Positions 56,792 to 64,000 of a stretch of 64,000 bases of DNA are shown here, in pieces. The notes under the pieces were generated by a model, which saw nothing but the letters and a program-made list of their open reading frames with translations, was not told where the DNA came from and made no database searches. The translations under genes and the position numbers were made by a program. How positions within the stretch are numbered: the first letter of the stretch is position 1; each line of letters starts with the position of its first letter. This DNA is from an uncultured Pseudomonadota bacterium (lineage in GTDB: Bacteria; Pseudomonadota; Alphaproteobacteria; JACZXZ01): NCBI GenBank assembly GCA_963749075.1, contig CAVVLJ010000021.1:480001-544000 (forward strand), read 5' to 3'.

Positions 56792-57033
56792 GCGCCGCGG
56801 CCCTCGTAGGCAAGCTCGCGCACCTTCTCCCATGACGCCTCGCCGAGAGCCGCCTGCCGCCCCTTGCCCTTGAAGCTGGCCCGGCGCAGCTTGAACGGCG
56901 GGCCGCGCTTCGTCTCGGCGACGACCCGATGAAGCCCGCGTTCCACCAGCGTGCGCAGCGTAACGCCTTCGCGGGCCGCGATCTTGCGGGCCTCGCGCAA
57001 CAGCGAATCGGAAATCTCCACGGTTGTCTTCAC
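56788..57033 (-). CDS. vapB: VapB-like antitoxin
   Basis: KTTVEISDSLL; GTGA overlap with vapC. Confidence 0.8.
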   Translation of the reverse strand: MKTTVEISDSLLREARKIAAREGVTLRTLVERGLHRVVAETKRGPPFKLRRASFKGKGRQAALGEASWEKVRELAYEGRGA

Positions 57034-57109
57034 GGGACCCATCCTTATGGGAGCCTGAATACGGCTCCCCATATATAAATCGGAAACCGCTGCAGGACAA
57101 GCCCAAACG

Positions 57110-57542
57110 GCCGCGCGCCGCGCCTGGGAAAAATCTCGAGTGCCATGCAGGCGGCCTCGATCCGGTCGATCTAGGCTCCGGCAGCCTCGCCGCCCGCTTG
57201 CCCTGCGATATAGCGATAGAGCTCGAAGAGATCGGCTTCCGCGAGCGGACGAAAGCTAACGTTGAACCTCTTCACTCGGCCGACTCTTCGTCCGTTCCGC
57301 ATGATGCTTGCGCAAACGCTTGAAGACATCGCGGGCGGGCACATTCGGCCGGGGGCGGCGAAAGCTTCATCGACGCGGCGTCGCCGCGACTCGTTCAGCG
57401 CCGCCTCCTCGCGCTCAAGCGCGCGTACCGCCGCGCGCATGACCTCGCTTGTCGAGGTGTAAGCGCCGGACTTCACGCGGGCCTCCACGCGCTCCTGGAG
57501 GTCGCCGAGGGTGACGGTGATCGGGCGGCTCGTGCGAGGCAT
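57110..57542 (-). pseudogene. Decayed ParD/ParE-type TA pair
   Basis: RHH antitoxin (VKSGAYTSTSEVMR) frameshifted near 57350; toxin from GTG 57275 (AEADLFELYRYIA) has an in-frame TAG and a 3' truncation. Confidence 0.75.
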
Positions 57543-57794
57543 GGGGCGCGTCCTTCCGGTTGGCGCGGGAGACGATATGACAGTGTTATACAAGCGTTCC
57601 CGGGCACGCTCGGCAAGGGCGCCGCTTGTGGCGTGTCTATGCTAAGAGGATCACCGCCTCCCAAGGATTCTGGCTCAACTTCCCGTGGGGCCGCCGCTCC
57701 CGCGCAAGCTGTAGACACCGAATCCCGCCGTTGCTGCGCTTGATGCGGCGACCAGCGTACAACGCCGTTCGCTTTTCGAACGGATGAAGCGAAT

Positions 57795-58154
57795 TCACAC
57801 CGACCGCAGGGAGCGAGAACGGAACCGAGACTCTTCGACGACCGTATAGCGTCCAAAGAGGCTGTCGCCGAAGCGCTCAATGGCGGCCAGCAGTCGCGCC
57901 CCTTTGCGCGAGCGTAGCACCGGGTCGATGCGCAGAAGCACGATGCCGGGAATCGTCCTTGCTTGCCGGAAGACCAGGTCGCCGAAGTCCTTGTCTTCCG
58001 TCAGCAGCAGCCGGCCTTCGTCGTCAGCGCGCTTCAGGACCTCCACGTCGGTGGCGCGCGGCGCGATGTCCGACATGTAGACAACATCGTGCCCGGCCTC
58101 GCGTAGCCGCGCGGCCAGCGCCGCATCCACGCATTCATCAATCAGCCATCGCAC
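57795..58154 (-). CDS. DUF5615 PIN-like toxin
   Basis: LIDECV, GHDV, LLTEDKDFG. Confidence 0.85.
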   Translation of the reverse strand: MRWLIDECVDAALAARLREAGHDVVYMSDIAPRATDVEVLKRADDEGRLLLTEDKDFGDLVFRQARTIPGIVLLRIDPVLRSRKGARLLAAIERFGDSLFGRYTVVEESRFRSRSLRSV

Positions 58155-58160
58155 GCTGCT

Positions 58161-58382
58161 TCAGCCATAGACGACAGCTTCATCGGCCAGATAGTCCGCG
58201 GCGAAGGCTTGCGCTGCGCGAATGTCGTCGAGCGTCAGCCGCGGATGCTCGCCGACGATCGCATCGGGGGCCATGCCGGCTCCGAGTTTGCGCAGAATGG
58301 TCTCGACCGGCACGCGCGTTCCACGGATCACCGGCTTGCCGCCCATGATCTCGGGATTTATCTCGATCCGCTCGTGCGTCAT
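58161..58382 (-). CDS. DUF433 antitoxin
   Basis: PEIMGGKPVIRGTRVPV. Confidence 0.9.
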   Translation of the reverse strand: MTHERIEINPEIMGGKPVIRGTRVPVETILRKLGAGMAPDAIVGEHPRLTLDDIRAAQAFAADYLADEAVVYG

Positions 58383-58491
58383 GGCTGGCTCCATCGCATG
58401 TCCCGCCGACGTGAAATGCGCGACCCGCTCTGAAACTAGGCAGGCTACGCCCCGCGGGTCCGTCGTTCAAGTCCGCCGCTGCAGCGCCTTC

Positions 58492-59718
58492 TCAAGCGCC
58501 CTCGAACTGCAGGATGTTGAGCCCCGCGTTGGTGTCGGTCACGTACATGATGCCGTTCTTGTCGACGTAGCAGTCGCAGGACTGGATGACCTGCGGCCGG
58601 TTGGGCCGCGGGTCCATCATGCGCGCGGGCTTCTCCGGCACGTAATAGGCGACCTCGCGCGGCTGGAACGGGTTCTCGATGTCGTAGACGCGCACGCCCG
58701 CGTTGTAGTAGGTGGCGAAGATGTAGCGCGAGCTCTGGAACGCGCCGGGGCGGTTCTCGTGCAGATTATGCGGGCCGAAATTGCCGCCCTTGGCGCAGTA
58801 GTCGGCCTCCGACGGCTGCGGCATGGTGGCGAAGCTCACGGGATTGCCGGGCTCGCGCACGTCGAAGAGCCAGATGTAGCGCAGTCCCTGGCTGCAATTG
58901 GCGAAGGTGGCCTCGTCCGCCAGCACGAGGAGGTTGCGCTCGGGAAGCGGCAGCGGCGAATGGGTGCCGCCGCCGAAGGGCGGGTCGAGATTGCGGTGGC
59001 AGAGGAGTTTCGGTGCCGCCGGGTCGCTCACGTCGTGCACGGTCAAGCCGCCGTCGCGCCAGGCGCCATAGGCGAGGTTGCCGGCCACGAGCGCGTGGTG
59101 GAGGGCAAAGCGCCGGCCCTTGCGCCAAGTCGGCGTCTCGCCGCCGGCCCGCCACATGCCCGGCAGCCACCATTTACCGGCGACCGCGGGCTTCGTCGGA
59201 TCCTTGAGATCGACGGTGGCGAGGATATGGTCCGTGAAGTCGGCGAAGTGGGCGGAGATGTAGGCGTAGCGGCCGCCCGCGTACCAGATGCGATGGGGGC
59301 CGATGCCGTCGATCGGCATGAAGGAGATCTCGCGCGGCTCGGCGGGCTTGGAGATGTCGTAGAGGCGGAGGCCCGCGGTGAAGTCCCCGGCGCGCTCGCG
59401 GAGCTTGTCGGCGGGCGAGCTCGAGAAATAGTCCTGCTCGCTCAGCGCCTGCATGGTCCACACGCTGGGTAGGTTGGTGGCGATCAGGAGATCGTCGTGG
59501 GTTTGGAGGTGGATCGGCCGCGTGTTGGGCGGGCAGGGGAGGAAATTGACCGCCTTCGGACGCTTGGGGTCGCGCACGTCGAGCACGGTGATGCCCATGC
59601 TGAAGGAATTGCCGATGTAGGCGTAGCCGCGGTGGACCATGATCTGCACGCCATCGGCGCGCCCGCCCTGGTCCGAGTGGCTGATGAACTTGATGTTGCG
59701 CTGCGCGTCGGCGGCCAT
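58492..59718 (-). CDS. LVIVD-repeat beta-propeller protein
   Basis: Repeated LDVRDP/YDISKP/VDLKDP/HDVSDP/FDVREP/YDIENP. Confidence 0.8.
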   Translation of the reverse strand: MAADAQRNIKFISHSDQGGRADGVQIMVHRGYAYIGNSFSMGITVLDVRDPKRPKAVNFLPCPPNTRPIHLQTHDDLLIATNLPSVWTMQALSEQDYFSSSPADKLRERAGDFTAGLRLYDISKPAEPREISFMPIDGIGPHRIWYAGGRYAYISAHFADFTDHILATVDLKDPTKPAVAGKWWLPGMWRAGGETPTWRKGRRFALHHALVAGNLAYGAWRDGGLTVHDVSDPAAPKLLCHRNLDPPFGGGTHSPLPLPERNLLVLADEATFANCSQGLRYIWLFDVREPGNPVSFATMPQPSEADYCAKGGNFGPHNLHENRPGAFQSSRYIFATYYNAGVRVYDIENPFQPREVAYYVPEKPARMMDPRPNRPQVIQSCDCYVDKNGIMYVTDTNAGLNILQFEGA

Positions 59719-59824
59719 TCTGCGTTTCCTCCACCTGCGGTTCATGCGTCCGGCCGTCCCGGATCGGCGCCGGATCGGCGCCGGATCGCGGCGGATGATA
59801 GCGGCTCGCCCGCCGGCCGGGAAG

Positions 59825-60610
59825 CTAGCGCGGCGCGTAGCGCCGGCGCATGTGCCGTCCCGCCATCGCGACGACGATTGCGCGCGGCGAGCGCTGGGCG
59901 AGGAAGGCGCCGAGGCGGTTGAGCGCGCCGACCACATGGACCGGCTTCTTCCCGAGCGCGGCCAGCCCCTCGCGCGCCACGCGCTCAGGCGAGGCGGCAT
60001 GGCCGGGCAGCTCGCCGCGGAAGCCGGCGCGCCCGAGGAATGACGTCGCGGTGACGCCGGGGCAGAGCGCCAGCACGTCGACCGGCTCGCCCTTGAGCTC
60101 GCCCGCGAGCGCCTCGGCGTAGAAGAGATCGAAGGCCTTGGTGGCGCAATAGGTGGCGAGATAGGGCACCGGCTGGAAGGAGGCGGTGCTGCCCACGATG
60201 ACGATGCCGGCGCGCCTGCCGTCCGCCGCGGCGCGCGCCAGCATGGCGGGCAGCAGTGCTCTGGTGAGCGTCACCACCGCCACCACGTTGACCTCCACCA
60301 TCTCGCGCTCGCGCTCTTCCGGGCCGTCGACGACGCGGCCGAAGTGCCCGAGCCCGGCATTGTTGACGAGAAGGTCGAGCGGAAGTGCCGCGGCAGCCGC
60401 AAGGAAATCGCGCCGCCCGCCCTCGCTCGCGAGGTCCGCCGCGACCGTCTCGACGCGCCGGCCGCCCGAGCCGAGCTCGGCCTTGGCCGCGGCGAGCTTG
60501 CCCTGGTCGCGCCCGCTGAGCAGGAGACTCGTCTCGCGCGGCAGGGCACGGGCGAAGGCGGCGCCGATGCCGCTCGTGGCACCGGTGATCGCGGCGAACT
60601 GGTAGGCCAT
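59825..60610 (-). CDS. SDR oxidoreductase
   Basis: TGATSGIG, VNNAG, YCATK. Confidence 0.9.
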   Translation of the reverse strand: MAYQFAAITGATSGIGAAFARALPRETSLLLSGRDQGKLAAAKAELGSGGRRVETVAADLASEGGRRDFLAAAAALPLDLLVNNAGLGHFGRVVDGPEEREREMVEVNVVAVVTLTRALLPAMLARAAADGRRAGIVIVGSTASFQPVPYLATYCATKAFDLFYAEALAGELKGEPVDVLALCPGVTATSFLGRAGFRGELPGHAASPERVAREGLAALGKKPVHVVGALNRLGAFLAQRSPRAIVVAMAGRHMRRRYAPR

Positions 60611-60670
60611 GATGCAACGCCTCCTCGGGCGGGACGGAGAGCGCGAGTATAACCGCTCTTGCGGCATGTG

Positions 60671-60770
60671 CCCCCCACCCCAACCCTCCCCCTCAAGGGG
60701 GGAGGGGGAAGTTTTCGTGGCACCTTGCGCACTTGCCCTCCCCCCTTGAGGGGGAGGGTAGGGTGGGGGG
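60671..60770. repeat. Inverted pair of REP-like hairpins
   Basis: CCCTCCCCCTCAAGGGGGGAGGG and its reverse complement. Confidence 0.8.
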
Positions 60771-60827
60771 TATAACCGCAGCTCGACCATGGCGCGGCGT
60801 TAGCCTGCCGATAACGAGAAGGCGATC

Positions 60828-62036
60828 ATGACCGCATTCCCGACCCTCGACGATCTCGACGTGCGCGGCAGGCGCGTGCTGCTGCGCGCCGATCTCAATG
60901 TGCCGATGCAGGACGGCAAGGTGAGCGACGCGACGCGGCTCGAACGGCTGGCGCCCACCATCGCCGAGCTCGCGTCTAAGGGCGCGCGCGTGATCGTCCT
61001 CTCCCATTTCGGCCGCCCCAAAGGCAGGCCCGATCCGGCCTACTCGCTCGCAGCCATAGCCGAGCCGCTCGGCAAGGCGCTCGGCGGACGACGGGTGCGT
61101 TTTGCCGCCGATTGCGTCGGTCCGGCGGCGAAGGCGGCCGCCGCCTCGCTCAAGGACGGCGAGGTGGCGCTCCTCGAGAACCTGCGCTTCGATCCCCGCG
61201 AGGAGGCGAACGACGCCGGCTTCGCGAAAGAACTCGCGGCCCTGGGCGAGCTCTACGTGGACGACGCCTTCTCGTGCGCGCACCGCGCCCATGCCTCGGT
61301 CGAGGCGCTGGCGCATCTCCTGCCGGCCGCGGCCGGGCGGCTCATGGAGGCGGAGCTCAGCCATCTCGAGCGCGCGCTCGAGAAGCCGCGGCACCCGCTT
61401 GCCGCACTCGTCGGCGGCGCCAAGGTGTCGAGCAAGCTCGCCCTTCTCGGCAACCTGGTCGCCAAGGTGGACCTCCTCGTCATCGGCGGCGGCATGGCCA
61501 ATAGCTTCCTCGCCGCCAAGGGCATCGCGGTCGGCAAATCCATTTGCGAGCATGAGCTCGGCGATGTCGCCCGCGGCATCCTCGCCAAGGCGGCGGCGCG
61601 CAAATGCGCCGTCCTCCTGCCGGAGGACGTGGTCATAGCAGCCAGGCTTGCGGCCGGCGTCGCGTCCCGTGCCGTCGAGGTGGATGCCGTGCCGGCCGGT
61701 GCCATGATCCTCGACATCGGCCCGAGGACGGCCGCAGCGCTCGCCAAGCGCCTCGCCGGCTGCCGCACGCTCCTGTGGAACGGGCCGCTCGGCGCCTTCG
61801 AGACGCCGCCCTTCGATGCCGGCACCAACGAGGTGGCACGAGCGGCGGCGGCGCTCACCAGGTCGGGCAGCCTCGTCAGCATCGCGGGCGGCGGCGACAC
61901 GGTCGCGGCCCTTAATCACGCGGGCGTCGCTGGCGATTTCACCTATGTCTCGACCGCGGGTGGTGCCTTTCTCGAGTGGCTGGAGGGAAAGGAGCTGCCC
62001 GGCTTAGCCGCCCTCAAGGCCGCGGCCAAGGGCTGA
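60828..62036 (+). CDS. pgk: Phosphoglycerate kinase
   Basis: RADLNVP, SHFGRP, LLENLRF, WNGPLG, GGGDT, STAGGAFLE. Confidence 0.97.
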   Translation: MTAFPTLDDLDVRGRRVLLRADLNVPMQDGKVSDATRLERLAPTIAELASKGARVIVLSHFGRPKGRPDPAYSLAAIAEPLGKALGGRRVRFAADCVGPAAKAAAASLKDGEVALLENLRFDPREEANDAGFAKELAALGELYVDDAFSCAHRAHASVEALAHLLPAAAGRLMEAELSHLERALEKPRHPLAALVGGAKVSSKLALLGNLVAKVDLLVIGGGMANSFLAAKGIAVGKSICEHELGDVARGILAKAAARKCAVLLPEDVVIAARLAAGVASRAVEVDAVPAGAMILDIGPRTAAALAKRLAGCRTLLWNGPLGAFETPPFDAGTNEVARAAAALTRSGSLVSIAGGGDTVAALNHAGVAGDFTYVSTAGGAFLEWLEGKELPGLAALKAAAKG

Positions 62037-62139
62037 GACCAAGGTCTGAGGCCTGCGATGTGCTATCGCCGGGGCTGGTCCGGCAGGGCGGCGCGCGCCA
62101 TATAATCGGGCACGCTCTTGCCCTCTTCACAGGCCCAGC

Positions 62140-63369
62140 ATGCGTCACCCCCTTGCAACGATCGCCGTCCTCGCTTCAGCACTTTCCCTTGCCGCCGGTG
62201 CCGCCCATGCCATCGAGGAGGTCGGCCAAAGCAACCAGGTCTCGCCTGCCCAGCTGCCGCCGCCCTATGCGACGCCCGCGGTCGCCAATCCGCCGCGCGT
62301 GGTGCGCCGCGCGCCCGACCAGCTGCCCCAGGTCCCGCCCGGCTTTCACGCCGCGCTCTTCGCGGGCGGGCTCAGCCACGCGCGCTGGCTCGCCGTGGCG
62401 CAGAACGGCAACGTCTTCCTGGCCGAGCCGGACGCGGGCAAAGTGACGCTGCTGCGCGACGAGCGCGGCGAGGGCAAGGCGAGCCTCGTCACCACCTTTG
62501 CCCAAGGCTTCGACCGGCCGCACGGCATGGCCTTCCACGGTGGTTATCTCTATGTCGCGGACGTGCGCCGCGTCTGGCGCATCCCCTATCGCGACGGCGA
62601 CAGCAAGGCGGCAGGCCCGCCCGAGCCGGTGACCGCACCCGGCGCCATCGGCACCGGCTCCGGCCACTGGACGCGCAACATCGTCTTCAGCCCGGACGGC
62701 GCCCGCTTCTTCGTCACCGTGGGCTCTGCCGACAATATCGGCGAGGACCCGCTGCCGCGCGCCAGCATCCAGGAGTTCAATGCCGACGGCAGCGGCCAGC
62801 GCACCTACGCCTCGGGCCTGCGCAACGCGGTCGGCATCGAGTTCCGTCCGGGCACGGGCGAGCTCTTCGTGGTGGTGAACGAGCGCGACGGCATGGGCGA
62901 CGAGCTGCCGCCCGACTATCTCACCCACCTCGTCGAGGGCGGCTTCTACGGCTGGCCCTATGCCTATCTCGGCCGCCATCCCCAACCGGGCTACGGCGAC
63001 AAGCGGCCCGATCTCGTGGCCAGGACCATCGCCCCCGATCTCCTTATTCGCACCCACTCGGCACCCTTGGGCCTCGCCTTCTATACGGGGAGCCAGTTCC
63101 CCGCACGCTATCGCGGCGGCGCCTTCGTGGCGCTTCACGGCTCGTGGAACGCGGCACGTCCGCGCGGCTACGAGGTCGTGCATGTGCCGTTCAAGGACGG
63201 CCGTCCGACCGGCGCTTACGAGAACTTCGCGGCCGGCTTCTGGTTCGCAGGGACCGAGCGCGCGGAAGTGTGGGGCCGCCCCGTCGGCCTCGCCATCGCC
63301 AAGGACGGCAGCCTGCTTATAGCCGACGACATGAGCCAGTCGGTGTGGCGGGTGAGCTACAAGCCCTGA
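62140..63369 (+). CDS. PQQ-dependent sugar/L-sorbosone dehydrogenase family
   Basis: Signal peptide; GLRNAVG, NERD, FYGWPY, HGSWN. Confidence 0.88.
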   Translation: MRHPLATIAVLASALSLAAGAAHAIEEVGQSNQVSPAQLPPPYATPAVANPPRVVRRAPDQLPQVPPGFHAALFAGGLSHARWLAVAQNGNVFLAEPDAGKVTLLRDERGEGKASLVTTFAQGFDRPHGMAFHGGYLYVADVRRVWRIPYRDGDSKAAGPPEPVTAPGAIGTGSGHWTRNIVFSPDGARFFVTVGSADNIGEDPLPRASIQEFNADGSGQRTYASGLRNAVGIEFRPGTGELFVVVNERDGMGDELPPDYLTHLVEGGFYGWPYAYLGRHPQPGYGDKRPDLVARTIAPDLLIRTHSAPLGLAFYTGSQFPARYRGGAFVALHGSWNAARPRGYEVVHVPFKDGRPTGAYENFAAGFWFAGTERAEVWGRPVGLAIAKDGSLLIADDMSQSVWRVSYKP

Positions 63370-63461
63370 GTGCGGCGCGGGCCGGCCTCGCGTGACCGGG
63401 ATCACTGTATCGCCGGCGGGTTTGCTTGTAAGATCGAGGAGCGAATGATCGGGAGGCAACC

Positions 63462-64000
63462 ATGTGGTTGCATCGCTTGATCGGTCCTCGATTGCCACAA
63501 CCGCCTGGAGAGGCGGGACCGGCAGCGGCCGGGAGCGCATCCCGGCTGCGAGCGGGCGCTGCGGTTGCCGCCGCAGCTGCGGCATCTCCGCTCGTCGCCC
63601 TCGCGGTCGCGCTCCTGGTCTCTTTGCCGTCGGGCGGCCCATCCGTTGCCGCTACGCCGGAGCGGCGCATCGCGCTTGTCATCGGCAACAGCCAATATGT
63701 CAACGTGCCGCGGCTCGCCAACACGGCGAACGATGCGCGGCTTATCGGCGAGACTTTGCAGGGCCTCGGCTTTACGCTGGTGGGCGGCAAGGTGCTCGTC
63801 GACCTCGACCGGGCCGGCTTCCAGAAGGCCATCCGCAGCTTCGGCGACCAGCTCAGCAGTGCTGCGGTCGGTCTCTTCTATTACGGCGGTCACGGCCTGC
63901 AGGTGGACGGGGTCAACTATCTCGTCCCGGTCGAGGCCAACCCGTCGAAATCGTCTGATGTCGACTTCGAGCTGATCGATGCCAACCTCGTTCTCAAGGT
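63462..64000 (+). CDS. Caspase-like peptidase C14 protein (partial)
   Basis: Manual translation RRIALVIGNSQY...NDA...LGF...FYYGGHG..NYLVPV; open to window end. Confidence 0.85.
   Translation, partial: MWLHRLIGPRLPQPPGEAGPAAAGSASRLRAGAAVAAAAAASPLVALAVALLVSLPSGGPSVAATPERRIALVIGNSQYVNVPRLANTANDARLIGETLQGLGFTLVGGKVLVDLDRAGFQKAIRSFGDQLSSAAVGLFYYGGHGLQVDGVNYLVPVEANPSKSSDVDFELIDANLVLK

Noticed and set aside
57600-57790. Possible RNA element between TA modules
   Set aside because: Only a weak hairpin; no recognisable family.

Overview
GC-rich alphaproteobacterial-type chromosome segment (taxon inferred from gene content only). (i) Bases 1-~8600 are a visibly lower-GC island. It carries a FimB/FimE-like tyrosine recombinase and a 4-gene restriction-modification-like operon: an M.PvuII-like N4C methyltransferase, a MORC/GHKL ATPase, an SF2 helicase and an IS3-destroyed fourth gene. 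The island abuts the 5' end of tRNA-Arg(CCT). (ii) 8.7-32.6 kb is metabolic: EmrAB-like pump, folB/SDR, and an XRE-cupin-controlled amine/amino-acid catabolic region with two flavin oxidase complexes and a shared tandem operator, interrupted by a small toxin-tip-like/HEAT-repeat pair. (iii) 32.6-37.6 kb is a lower-GC patch in which small unrelated genes alternate with five co-oriented structured repeats (three ~119-bp copies, two partial). Their termini co-vary, giving a cassette-array-like layout that is neither CRISPR nor canonical attC. (iv) 37.7-64 kb holds catabolic genes, a fused GltD/PyrK-like oxidoreductase, a Liv-type ABC transporter, four toxin-antitoxin modules, pgk and a caspase-like gene running off the end. 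The best candidates for something new are the repeat-delimited array and the MTase-MORC-helicase operon. All family calls come from motif recognition by eye; no searches were run.
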